From: Candidatus Njordarchaeota archaeon
GTDB lineage: Archaea > Asgardarchaeota > Njordarchaeia > Njordarchaeales > Panguiarchaeaceae
DNA: 57,938 nucleotides
Assembly (NCBI GenBank): GCA_029856685.1
Contig: JAHKKZ010000002.1
Location: 1 to 57,938, forward strand
Direction of reading: 5' to 3'
Part shown: positions 37,128-45,746 of the stretch, in pieces
Numbering within the stretch: the first letter of the stretch is position 1
Layout: every line of letters begins with the position of its first letter
The notes under the pieces: model-generated
The model's input: the letters and a program-made list of their open reading frames with translations, nothing else
What the model was told of the DNA's origin: nothing
Databases searched by the model: none
Made by a program: the position numbers and the translations under genes

Positions 37128-37886
37128 GGTATCCCTAAGATATCTAATACTCCGATCAAGATCATTTTCATTTCTTGGTTCGACAGTTATACATATCCTA
37201 TTTATGCTGACACCATTATTTTCAAGCATGGCCAGTATATGGTCCCAGTCAACTAGGCCGGATCCCACGGCTAAGTGTTCATCCACACCTGGTCTTGTCT
37301 CATGTATATGTATCTCCCTGATATAATCCGAAAGCCGAGATATCCATATCTCCAGCGGCTCTTTTGAATACGCCAACACATGACCGATATCTAATGCGAA
37401 TCCTAACAAGTCGTTTTTGGCCTCCTTGAGCATTCTGTAGAATATCTCGGGTGTCTGTTCATAACCATTTTCTATATGTATTGGTACTCTATAGAGTCTA
37501 ATTAGTTCTTCAAAAAGCTCTAAGCTGTTCTCTATCCAGCCTCTCACATAGTATTTATGCATATCCTCAATATAATTGATGTGTGCAACAATATGTGTTG
37601 CATGTGTTTTAGAGGCTAGGTCTAATGTCTCTGAAAGCCTTAGTTTTGCAACCTTCCTCACATACGGGTCTACAGACCCAGGAAACATATCATGAGGCGG
37701 AGCATGATATGCTATTCGAATTTTTCTTCCAGCATCATTAATGAGTTCTACATCACTTTGTTTCAAATCCATAAGTGTTGTTGCTGTGAGGCTTATTAAG
37801 CAATTGATTTTTCTGTCAACGCAAATCGCAATTTGCTTATCTAATGGATACAAAAACATATGTGCATAGATCTTGCTCAATATCAA
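37113..37886 (-). CDS. sugar phosphate isomerase/epimerase (xylose isomerase-like TIM barrel) family protein
   Basis: The pattern HIENGYE, ALDIGHV, IHIHE, DEHLAVGSGLVDW resembles the metal ligands of AP-endonuclease-2/xylose isomerase-like barrels. Confidence 0.5.
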   Translation of the reverse strand: MILSKIYAHMFLYPLDKQIAICVDRKINCLISLTATTLMDLKQSDVELINDAGRKIRIAYHAPPHDMFPGSVDPYVRKVAKLRLSETLDLASKTHATHIVAHINYIEDMHKYYVRGWIENSLELFEELIRLYRVPIHIENGYEQTPEIFYRMLKEAKNDLLGFALDIGHVLAYSKEPLEIWISRLSDYIREIHIHETRPGVDEHLAVGSGLVDWDHILAMLENNGVSINRICITVEPRNENDLDRSIRYLRDTLGLI

Positions 37887-38333
37887 TCACCTAATATCAA
37901 TTAAGGAGTAGTTCAAACAAAGTTTCCTTAGAATTTCATCAATAATTTGAGGGTCAGCAGTTCTGAAGAGATGGCTTTTACATCGACAATCAGAGGAGCC
38001 GAATCCGGACACAAACGGCACGCCCTCCGCAATAAGCCGTCGGGCGATTCTGCATTCAAGCTTTTTCGGAGATTCGATGATATAAACTGCAAGTATCTTA
38101 GCATATCTCAAAAAATAATCAATGTGCCAGAAGAGTCTCTTCCTCCTACGAAGATGTCTCATTATTCTTGCATGGAGTCCTCCTGGCCCATGTGCGGAAC
38201 CAACATATAGATATGTTCCCGAGTCAAAATCTATAATACCTAGGCTTCCCACACGTATCCTTGCAGCGCTTGGTAACTCCAATACTAATATGTATGTCCC
38301 CTTTGATCTAGGAATTATGAGTTGATGAGACAA
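37887..38333 (-). CDS. DUF123 domain protein (GIY-YIG-like nuclease superfamily)
   Basis: GTYILVLEL, YLYVGSAHGPGGLHARIMRHLRRRKRLFWHIDYF and the C-terminal GFGSSDCRC form the hallmark pattern of DUF123. Confidence 0.6.
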   Translation of the reverse strand: MSHQLIIPRSKGTYILVLELPSAARIRVGSLGIIDFDSGTYLYVGSAHGPGGLHARIMRHLRRRKRLFWHIDYFLRYAKILAVYIIESPKKLECRIARRLIAEGVPFVSGFGSSDCRCKSHLFRTADPQIIDEILRKLCLNYSLIDIR

Positions 38334-38347
38334 TGGTTTTCTCCATC

Positions 38348-39289
38348 CTATAGTTTTTCCTCGAGCAGTATTGCGGCGAAAACAGCTTTTGCCGTATGTA
38401 ACCTATTCTCAGCCTGGTCAAATACTACACTGTGTTTAGATTCGAATAGATCGTCACTAACCTCCTCTCCTCTATGTCTAGGTAAGCAATGCATAAATAT
38501 GAAATCTTGGCTAGCTGTCTTAACTAGGTCGAAGTTTACTTGGTAGGGTCGGAACACTTTAAGTCTTTTCTTTCTTTCTTCTTCCTGTCCCATCGACACC
38601 CAGACGTCCGTGTAAATAACATTGGCATCTCTAAGTCCCTCTGCAGGATTATCTGTAATAACAATTTTTGCTTCCGTCCTCTCCGCGACTTTATTCACGA
38701 CGTCTAGAAACTCTTTCTTTGGCCAGTACTCTCTAGGACCTACAAGCCTTATTTCTAAGCCTAATTTTACGGCTCCTATTGTAAGCGAATGCGCCACATT
38801 ATTGTCTGTGTCACCAATAAATGCGATTTTTATCTCGGATAGATCGCCGAATTTTTCTTTTATCGTCATAAAATCTGCCAATGCTTGTAGCGGATGATAC
38901 ATATCACTTAGAGCATTTATAACTGGGGCCCTAGCATACCTAGCTAGAATTTCAAGTGTTTTATGGCTATAGACCCGAGCTGCTATTATGTCTACGTAGC
39001 GATCAAGTACTCTTGCGAAATCTTCTAGGGGCTCCCCCCTAGCAAGCTGAGTTGTCTTTGTCTCTATGTATAACGGTGATAAGCCAAGTTGGTGGCAAGC
39101 CACTTCTAATGATATGCGAGTCCTTGTCGATGGTTTTTCGAAAATTAGAGCCGCCGCCTTATTGTGGATTCCTATTAGTCTTTTGGCATCTACTTTGTTA
39201 TGTTTAAATCTTATTGATAGATCAATTAGATAGAGTATTTCGTCAGCCGAAAAATCCAACAATGTGAGAAAATCTTTTCCAGGAATCAT
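38348..39289 (-). CDS. argF: ornithine carbamoyltransferase
   Basis: FEKPSTRTRISLE, HPLQALAD, TDVWVSMGQE and FMHCLPRHRGEEV are present. The HCLP and SMG motifs distinguish OTCase from ATCase. Confidence 0.9.
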   Translation of the reverse strand: MIPGKDFLTLLDFSADEILYLIDLSIRFKHNKVDAKRLIGIHNKAAALIFEKPSTRTRISLEVACHQLGLSPLYIETKTTQLARGEPLEDFARVLDRYVDIIAARVYSHKTLEILARYARAPVINALSDMYHPLQALADFMTIKEKFGDLSEIKIAFIGDTDNNVAHSLTIGAVKLGLEIRLVGPREYWPKKEFLDVVNKVAERTEAKIVITDNPAEGLRDANVIYTDVWVSMGQEEERKKRLKVFRPYQVNFDLVKTASQDFIFMHCLPRHRGEEVSDDLFESKHSVVFDQAENRLHTAKAVFAAILLEEKL

Positions 39290-39382
39290 AGCATCTCACC
39301 AAACTTATTATGTTCACTAAGTTTTAATAGCCTATTAAATGAATATTAGGTATGGTCTTCAAATCTTTTAGGGCTTTCAAGG

Positions 39383-39733
39383 ATGACTGATATTGGGCGA
39401 AATGGAAAAATGCTTATGGAAAAACTTGGGATTAAATCACTATTAAGTAAGCTAAGAAGAATACATCCAAGCCACCATAAAAAGAAATCTTTGATAATAA
39501 GACAAATAGCTACTATATTAGATAATTGGATAAATCGCCATGATATGCGTGATGAGAAAAATTTTCTGGCCTTAGCGATGGTGCTTGAGTCGATAAGCCG
39601 TGAGGATTATTATGCATATATAGAATTGATAAAGATCACTAGGTACCCACGTATCTATCGACAAGCAGTAAACCATATTAAGTGGGTCCGTCTTCATAGG
39701 AAGCTTGGAGGAATGGTCTCAATAGAGCTATAG
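39383..39733 (+). CDS. hypothetical protein (116 aa)
   Basis: The ORF is divergent from argF and 12 nt upstream of the next ORF. No motif is recognised. Confidence 0.4.
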   Translation: MTDIGRNGKMLMEKLGIKSLLSKLRRIHPSHHKKKSLIIRQIATILDNWINRHDMRDEKNFLALAMVLESISREDYYAYIELIKITRYPRIYRQAVNHIKWVRLHRKLGGMVSIEL

Positions 39734-39745
39734 GTGGGATGAGAC

Positions 39746-40774
39746 ATGGGTAATGAGCTCGAATATTTTGGGTTTGAGGATTTTCGGGATATCAGAAATA
39801 AATTGATAGCGTTGACTATTTTTAGACATGCCCTAACAGACAATAAATATGATTTGATATCACTCCACAGAGACTTCGGCTTAACGGAAAATGAAATATC
39901 TTTTCTTCTTTCATTGTTCCCAGAGCTGAAAGCACATCGAAAACCCGCCCCGCATCAACTTCAAAAAGTCTTAAGGGATCTCGAAGCAGAAGATAGCAAT
40001 ATTAGGGCTAAGCTTCTTCAAGAGATGGAACTTTGGATCTTCCCAAAGTGGCGGAGTCTGATAGGTGCTGCCTCAAAAGGTATGTTCGAAGGGAGACCCG
40101 TACGTGAAATCCTATGGGCAGTTGTCACGATCCTAATACCATCCATGAGAAGTATATGGCTATACCGTATGCTTAGTGGTGAGGAATGCGTAGGGATTTT
40201 TGGTCTCGGCGGCTACCTAGTCGAATTTATCCCAGATCGGGGACAGGAACCAACAAGGTTCTCACTTCCTATCGATGGGGTTATAATGGAAAGGCATTTA
40301 TATGAGACCGCTATTGGGAGTCCTAAGAGACTTTCCGTTCCCCGATTTAGCGAGTATTTACGTGAACATTTGATAAGAATACCACTAGCAGAACTTGTTA
40401 GAAATAGATTCGCAGCAAAACTTTTCGCACCAACAATAAGGAAAATATCTCATTGGATTCTTGATTTCCTTAAGGTAACAAGAAAACTCAGGAATAGCTA
40501 CACTCTTGACGACTCACGTATCCTCAGCGCATGGCATGGCTCTATGAATAAGTTGCTTGTTACGAGAAACAGATATGAAAGCATGCTGGAAAACGAACTG
40601 CTTAAGGGAGTTCCAGGAGTTCTGGGCTATGAAGGCATCTTAGATAAACTCGAAGAAATACCCATTGTAAAAGACCCATCTATTCATATAAAATCAAAAC
40701 AAACTACATGGCTTAGGCTTGCTATTGCAGGATATGACCTACTGGAGCGTCTAATAGGGATTCGGAAATGGTGA
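39746..40774 (+). CDS. hypothetical protein (342 aa), no recognisable family
   Basis: The ORF has host-like codon usage, with GGTGGGATGAG upstream of the ATG. Confidence 0.55.
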   Translation: MGNELEYFGFEDFRDIRNKLIALTIFRHALTDNKYDLISLHRDFGLTENEISFLLSLFPELKAHRKPAPHQLQKVLRDLEAEDSNIRAKLLQEMELWIFPKWRSLIGAASKGMFEGRPVREILWAVVTILIPSMRSIWLYRMLSGEECVGIFGLGGYLVEFIPDRGQEPTRFSLPIDGVIMERHLYETAIGSPKRLSVPRFSEYLREHLIRIPLAELVRNRFAAKLFAPTIRKISHWILDFLKVTRKLRNSYTLDDSRILSAWHGSMNKLLVTRNRYESMLENELLKGVPGVLGYEGILDKLEEIPIVKDPSIHIKSKQTTWLRLAIAGYDLLERLIGIRKW

Positions 40775-40780
40775 ATCGAG

Positions 40781-40930
40781 TTGGGTTTAAGGCTGAAATC
40801 CGCTAGACTGATCCTATTAATAGTAGGGACCCTCTGCCTAATAATGGCTATATATGCTGGGCAATTCGAGCTTATAAAAGAGCTTCTATCAAAATTTCTG
40901 GATAACGAACTAGCTGGGTACCCCTCATAA
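40781..40930 (+). CDS. possible small single-pass membrane protein (49 aa, below the ORF-track cutoff)
   Basis: A TTG-initiated frame reads GLRLKSARLILLIVGTLCLIMAIYAGQFELIKELLSKFLDNELAGYPS*. It sits between two co-directional genes. Confidence 0.25.
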   Translation: MGLRLKSARLILLIVGTLCLIMAIYAGQFELIKELLSKFLDNELAGYPS

Positions 40931-40943
40931 GAGGTGTGTCTAA

Positions 40944-41843
40944 GTGTCAACCGCAGCATCGAAGAAAACTGCTAAGCGATATTACATCACTTTTGCTCGC
41001 AAACTCACACAAGTATTGTCGTTCATAATAATATTTGGAGGCGCTCTAGGATACTCAGCCACGTTTCTTGTTCTTCCAATAAGAGTAGGGCTTAGCAATC
41101 CATATGTTATAATTTCCGACGCTTGGATGCTAATGGAGATAATGCTTGGGATGGCTATAGTTCCATTAGTAGCAATAGCAAGCATAGCATTATTCACACT
41201 TATTTTAGGACGTGCTACATGTGGATGGGTCTGCCCATTTGGCCTAATTAATGATATTGTTGGTGCGTTGGGTAAGAAGAAAAGACTTTCTCCACAAACA
41301 GTAATATCTCTCTGGAAATTCGCTCTATTCCTAGCAGGCCTATTCATCTTTATTGACATCTCGGTATATTATAATGAAGTCGCTGGGAGTAGCATCAAGA
41401 ACTATTTCGGAGCTTTCAGTGGTGCCCCATCCACATTTCTCGACCCAGTAACAACGATGTTCTCACTAATGTTCTGGATGAGTTACCATGATAAATGGCC
41501 ATCAGACCTAAACGAATGGTTTAATCTACCTGCGGAGCTATATTGGCGTCTCTTCCTGTTAGCAATAATAATAGTTGCTATTCTCTTTATACCACGCTTC
41601 TACTGCAAGGCTCTCTGCCCACTCGGTGCCATTATGGGTCTCGGCTCAGAATTTGCCCTTTTAACTTTATATGTTAGTAAGGGACGCTGTGACGAATGTA
41701 AAATATGTGAACGTGTTTGCCCAATGGACGTTCCCATATTAAACTTCCTAGATAGTGGCGAAATACGACATCCACAATGTATACTCTGCCTTAAATGCAT
41801 GGAAGTATGCCCCACAAAAGCTATATCGTTAAAGTTAAGGTGA
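40944..41843 (+). CDS. membrane-bound 4Fe-4S polyferredoxin (NapH/MauN-like)
   Basis: TM helices are interspersed with CGWVCPFG and CKALCPLG. Two ferredoxin motifs are present: CDECKICERVCP and CILCLKCMEVCP. Confidence 0.8.
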   Translation: MSTAASKKTAKRYYITFARKLTQVLSFIIIFGGALGYSATFLVLPIRVGLSNPYVIISDAWMLMEIMLGMAIVPLVAIASIALFTLILGRATCGWVCPFGLINDIVGALGKKKRLSPQTVISLWKFALFLAGLFIFIDISVYYNEVAGSSIKNYFGAFSGAPSTFLDPVTTMFSLMFWMSYHDKWPSDLNEWFNLPAELYWRLFLLAIIIVAILFIPRFYCKALCPLGAIMGLGSEFALLTLYVSKGRCDECKICERVCPMDVPILNFLDSGEIRHPQCILCLKCMEVCPTKAISLKLR

Positions 41844-41847
41844 TAAG

Positions 41848-42240
41848 ATGTCCAATCCAGAGAACTCCCACACACAATCTAACCTAGAGAATGCTGACAA
41901 TCCCACAATTGCTTCTAAGTCTGCAGCAGAAGAGATACGTGACATATTATCAGAGATAGCCAAAGAAGATCGCAGCATAAAACTTATTGTTGCAGCTGAT
42001 GAGGGAGGACTAGTCGTTGGTGCCTATCCTATGAAAGAGGAATACCTAGAAATCATTGAGGGCATAGGTGCAATATCATCGGAAGTATATAAATGTGTCT
42101 TTGAAGCCCTAGAGAAAAAAGCACCAAATATAGCTGGTAAAGTCATAGGAATAACCGTTGGGTTGGAAAAATATAAACTAGAATTCTATAGACACATGAA
42201 TTACACTATCATTATCTTTAAATCTCTGGAAGAAGAATGA
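41848..42240 (+). CDS. roadblock/LC7 (MglB-like) domain protein
   Basis: It is about 130 aa. SIKLIVAADEGGLVVGAY...IGAISSEVY...KVIGITVGLEKYKLEFY fits the roadblock alpha-beta-alpha pattern. The call is from memory. Confidence 0.4.
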   Translation: MSNPENSHTQSNLENADNPTIASKSAAEEIRDILSEIAKEDRSIKLIVAADEGGLVVGAYPMKEEYLEIIEGIGAISSEVYKCVFEALEKKAPNIAGKVIGITVGLEKYKLEFYRHMNYTIIIFKSLEEE

Positions 42241-42665
42241 AAGTCTTCGAGGCGATCCTTATGGATATGCCAAAGCTCCCAATAGGCTTAGAGTTAACGA
42301 AGAAATATGTAGTCCGATCAGAAGACACCGCGAAGTTCCTTGGTTCTGGCGATGTGGAGGTTCTCTCCACACCAGCTATGATAGCATATATGGAGCATAC
42401 AGCGCTTGAAGCCGTGCAGACATATCTTCTAGAAAACCTAACGACGGTGGGAATAAGGGTCGATGTGAAACATCTTCGTCCTGCTCCGAAGGGAGCGGAG
42501 ATAACTGTTGTTGCGAAACTTATCCAGCAAGACAGAAGGAAACTGGTATTCGAAGTGAAGGCTTTTTGGAATGAGGATCTTATTGGGGAAGGTATTCATG
42601 AAAGGTTTATTGTGGATAGAGAGAAATTCCTATCAAAACTCAGAGATAAGCTAGGTGGGAGATAG
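42237..42665 (+). CDS. hotdog-fold thioesterase (FlK-like family)
   Basis: VEVLSTPAMIAYMEHTALEAV and TVGIRVDVKHLRPAPKGAEITVVAKL resemble the FlK/thioesterase superfamily. The start overlaps the upstream stop (ATGA). Confidence 0.5.
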   Translation: MKVFEAILMDMPKLPIGLELTKKYVVRSEDTAKFLGSGDVEVLSTPAMIAYMEHTALEAVQTYLLENLTTVGIRVDVKHLRPAPKGAEITVVAKLIQQDRRKLVFEVKAFWNEDLIGEGIHERFIVDREKFLSKLRDKLGGR

Positions 42666-42667
42666 GT

Positions 42668-43108
42668 ATGTGTATTGTGCTGACCAAAGAAGTCATAAAG
42701 AAAATATGTTCGAATGCCGAAGGGGCCATGAATTTTCTAGAAAGGCATAGGGACATGCATTTGGGTGAGGTTATAGGAAATAAAGAGCTTTTCTGCGCTT
42801 TCCTTTATTGCTTCGTAATGTTTGCCCAAGCTGTTTTAACAATGGCGAACTATATAATTGTGAAGAGAAACTTCGATCTCCCCAAAAATTTCCAGGAAAG
42901 TTTGATGATATTGGTTGACAGCGATATTATTCCAGAGAATCTTGAGCCTCAAGCAAAACTATTGGTTGAACTTAGAAATCTGATACTTCATAATGAAACC
43001 GAGGTATCATCAGAGAATATACAGACAATAGCTGAGAATCTTTCCCAATTCAAAGAAATATATATTGCTATTAAAGGAGAAATCGGCAAAATACTTGGAG
43101 AAAAATAG
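42668..43108 (+). CDS. DUF86 / HepT-like HEPN domain protein (no adjacent MNT)
   Basis: 146 aa and helical. LVELRNLILHNE contains the R-x4-H HEPN catalytic motif in the position typical of DUF86. Confidence 0.55.
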   Translation: MCIVLTKEVIKKICSNAEGAMNFLERHRDMHLGEVIGNKELFCAFLYCFVMFAQAVLTMANYIIVKRNFDLPKNFQESLMILVDSDIIPENLEPQAKLLVELRNLILHNETEVSSENIQTIAENLSQFKEIYIAIKGEIGKILGEK

Positions 43109-43128
43109 GTTGCTTGTTTTCGTGAAAA

Positions 43129-43851
43129 GTGTTGAGGAGTCTCTTGGATAAAATAGAAAGAATTATAATCAATAAGGATAAACTACTGCTCGCGGCCGAG
43201 CAAAACGTTGGGTCCTATATTTTTCTGAGGCTCTTCCTCGAAAAATTCGATGTGGACTTGAAAGTAATTATATTCTCATTTTTAGGTCAAACAAATCTGA
43301 AGATTATGGCGCTTCTTATACGTTTGTGCAGGGAGCTTGGAGCGGACTATTTTGTTTTTGAGGCAGAGGACATAGCATCTCTGGTTCTGCATAGATTAAA
43401 ACCGTATCTAGAGCAAAATATAGTATTTGCAGATATTATTAGAGGAGCCATTCGTAATATCATTCTGACCAATCTGGCATTACCCGAAGAAAGAGTGCCA
43501 ATAGTAGCTAAGAGCCTCACAGACCTAGTGTTGAATCCAGAGCCCAAATTCAAAAACATCATCTATCCATTTATAACCTATACTGACAGCCGACTTATCC
43601 AACTCGCCTACAGCACTAACATTAAACAAGTCGCTGTTGATAGGTTTTCTAGAAAAATCTGTGAACTGGGAGAAGTCAGCTTTGAAGAAGTGGACAAAAA
43701 AATATATGTCCTTCTTAATACCGCTGAGAAATCTCTGTGCGAAAAAATCAATATATCTGATGCTAAACCAAACAATTTAGAAGAGTTATTAGTAAGAAAC
43801 ATCTGCATGCTTAGAACACTTGGGTGGGACATATGGAAATACGATCGGTGA
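43129..43851 (+). CDS. hypothetical protein with NAD-synthetase/PP-loop-like layout but without the SGGxDS motif
   Basis: VIIFSFLGQTNLKIMALL sits where NadE has the SGGIDS loop. IRGAIRNIILTNLA..., YPFITYTDSRLIQLAYSTNI and FEEVDKKIYVLL resemble later NadE segments. The similarity is weak. Confidence 0.3.
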   Translation: MLRSLLDKIERIIINKDKLLLAAEQNVGSYIFLRLFLEKFDVDLKVIIFSFLGQTNLKIMALLIRLCRELGADYFVFEAEDIASLVLHRLKPYLEQNIVFADIIRGAIRNIILTNLALPEERVPIVAKSLTDLVLNPEPKFKNIIYPFITYTDSRLIQLAYSTNIKQVAVDRFSRKICELGEVSFEEVDKKIYVLLNTAEKSLCEKINISDAKPNNLEELLVRNICMLRTLGWDIWKYDR

Positions 43852-44435
43852 AAGTAGGCATTCTTAGAACTAACGCATATGTTGTTGCCTCTGAGGGAGA
43901 GGCTGTTATTATTGATGCTGGCGGCGACGCATCCCGAATCTTAGAACTAACTGAAGGTTTTAAGGTTCGTGCTGTAATAGCGACCCATGGACACTTTGAT
44001 CATGTGTTAGCAGTACCAGAAATTAAGAAGATTACTGGAGCAGTTTTTCTCATGCATAAAGATGATATAGATGTACTGGATTTCTCCTGGAGTGTCTATG
44101 GTACGGGACAGAAGCCAGAGCCAGATAGATTCATAGATGAGGGTGATATCATAAGATTTGGAAAAACTGAGCTCTGGGTACTACATACGCCAGGACATAC
44201 ACCTGGGAGCATATGTCTGTTTAATCTGGATGCAAAAACCATATTTACGGGCGACACACTCTTCCATGGTGCAATAGGACGCACAGACTTCTACGGTGGG
44301 GACCACACAAAAATCCTTGAGTCCATAAAGAAAATATTGAGTATGTTTCCCGACGATATGGTGGTCTATCCAGGACATGGAAAAACAACGACGATAGGAA
44401 CAGAAAAGAAAAATTTGAGTGTACTCCTGACTTAA
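43824..44435 (+). CDS. MBL-fold metallo-hydrolase (glyoxalase II-like)
   Basis: ATHGHFDH (HxHxDH), HTPGHTPGS and GDTLF are present. The ATG at 43833 is an alternative start. Confidence 0.85.
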   Translation: MGHMEIRSVKVGILRTNAYVVASEGEAVIIDAGGDASRILELTEGFKVRAVIATHGHFDHVLAVPEIKKITGAVFLMHKDDIDVLDFSWSVYGTGQKPEPDRFIDEGDIIRFGKTELWVLHTPGHTPGSICLFNLDAKTIFTGDTLFHGAIGRTDFYGGDHTKILESIKKILSMFPDDMVVYPGHGKTTTIGTEKKNLSVLLT

Positions 44436-44517
44436 ATTCCCGAGATAGGCTATCTATTCTCGCTATATATCCTTTGTTGTTAGATGCTTATAGAGTAACC
44501 AATTTTTGGTGAATGCG

Positions 44518-44925
44518 ATGCATGAATGGGCATTAGCAGAATCCATAATAATGGCCGTTATAGACTTAGCCAAACGCGAAAACGCAAAAGAGGTTGTCGA
44601 AATAGAATTGTTGATAGGGGGACTACAGACCATAGATCTCGAAATATTTGAATTTGCATTGAATGAGCTGAAAAAGGAAACAATAGCTAAAAACGCTAAG
44701 ATTCGGTTTGTTAAACAGAAGCCTAAATTCAAATGCAATGTCTGTGGTTATGAGTGGATAGTCGATGATCTAAACAAAGTATTGTCAGAAGAAGAAATAG
44801 AATCCATACACTTCATACCGGAGCTAAGTCATGTCTTCATGAAATGCCCAAAATGTGGAAGCAACGATTTTGATATTGTTGAGGGAAGAGGTGTACTGCT
44901 CAAGGGGGTGAGAATAGTAAAATGA
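44518..44925 (+). CDS. hypA: hydrogenase nickel-insertion protein HypA
   Basis: The N-terminus MHEWALAESI is canonical. The zinc site is CNVCGYEW ... CPKCGS. The track ORF begins 4 codons earlier. Confidence 0.85.
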   Translation: MHEWALAESIIMAVIDLAKRENAKEVVEIELLIGGLQTIDLEIFEFALNELKKETIAKNAKIRFVKQKPKFKCNVCGYEWIVDDLNKVLSEEEIESIHFIPELSHVFMKCPKCGSNDFDIVEGRGVLLKGVRIVK

Positions 44926-45656
44926 GCGTTGATGCGAGGATCTATAGGATAAAGAAGACATTAGGGGGAATAAAAAACATAATAGGTGTGGTCTCAGGAA
45001 AAGGAGGCGTGGGGAAAACAACGATATCCGCAGTTATGAGTCTAATCCTAAGCGTAAAAGGATACAGCGTAGGCCTACTCGACCTAGATTTCCATGGCCC
45101 ATCTTGCCATACAATCCTAGGGATCAAAGATCTTGAATATGAAGAGGAGAAGGGAATAAACCCATATAGAATTACTAAGAACCTATACTTTGCCTCGATA
45201 TATCCATTCGTGAAAGACGAGTACGTCCCCCTACGAGGTAAAGCTCTATCAAACGCTCTGATAGAGTTTCTATCGATACTCAACTGGAGAAAGATAGACT
45301 ACCTTATCGTGGATATGCCTCCCGGGATGGGAGATATACTCCTAGACATAGTGCGTCTTATTCCCAACTCAAAATTTATTGCAGTAACAACGAACTCGGT
45401 ATTGTCCATACAGACCGTTGGGAGACTCATTAAATTTATTATTGATAGCAGGTTAGAGTTGCAAGGCATAATAGCGAATATGATCAGAAATTATGATACT
45501 CGTGCTCGAAGACTCGCCGAGGAGCTATCCGTGAATTTCTTAGGTAGCGTACCATTCGATGCGGACTATGAGAATACAATAGGAAATCCACAATCTATTT
45601 TGGGCACAAAGCTAGCGTCGGCACTAAAAGAAATCGTAGAGAGACACATAACATAG
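44922..45656 (+). CDS. Mrp/MinD-family P-loop ATPase (ATPase-type HypB-like / ApbC-like)
   Basis: The deviant Walker A is GKGGVGKTT and DMPPG is present. It overlaps the hypA stop by 4 nt. Confidence 0.75.
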   Translation: MSVDARIYRIKKTLGGIKNIIGVVSGKGGVGKTTISAVMSLILSVKGYSVGLLDLDFHGPSCHTILGIKDLEYEEEKGINPYRITKNLYFASIYPFVKDEYVPLRGKALSNALIEFLSILNWRKIDYLIVDMPPGMGDILLDIVRLIPNSKFIAVTTNSVLSIQTVGRLIKFIIDSRLELQGIIANMIRNYDTRARRLAEELSVNFLGSVPFDADYENTIGNPQSILGTKLASALKEIVERHIT

Positions 45657-45746
45657 AAAACATTGATATATACATAACAGAGTAAGTTAGTATTATAGTG
45701 GTAGTTAAGAGTACTCATTAAATGCTGGAGTGCTAGATGACCAGAC

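Noticed and set aside
40684-40959. 91-aa minus-strand ORF spanning the 40775-40943 spacer
   Set aside because: It overlaps the ends of two plus-strand genes and has an implausible sequence. The plus-strand 49-aa TM peptide is the more plausible, though still weak, reading.
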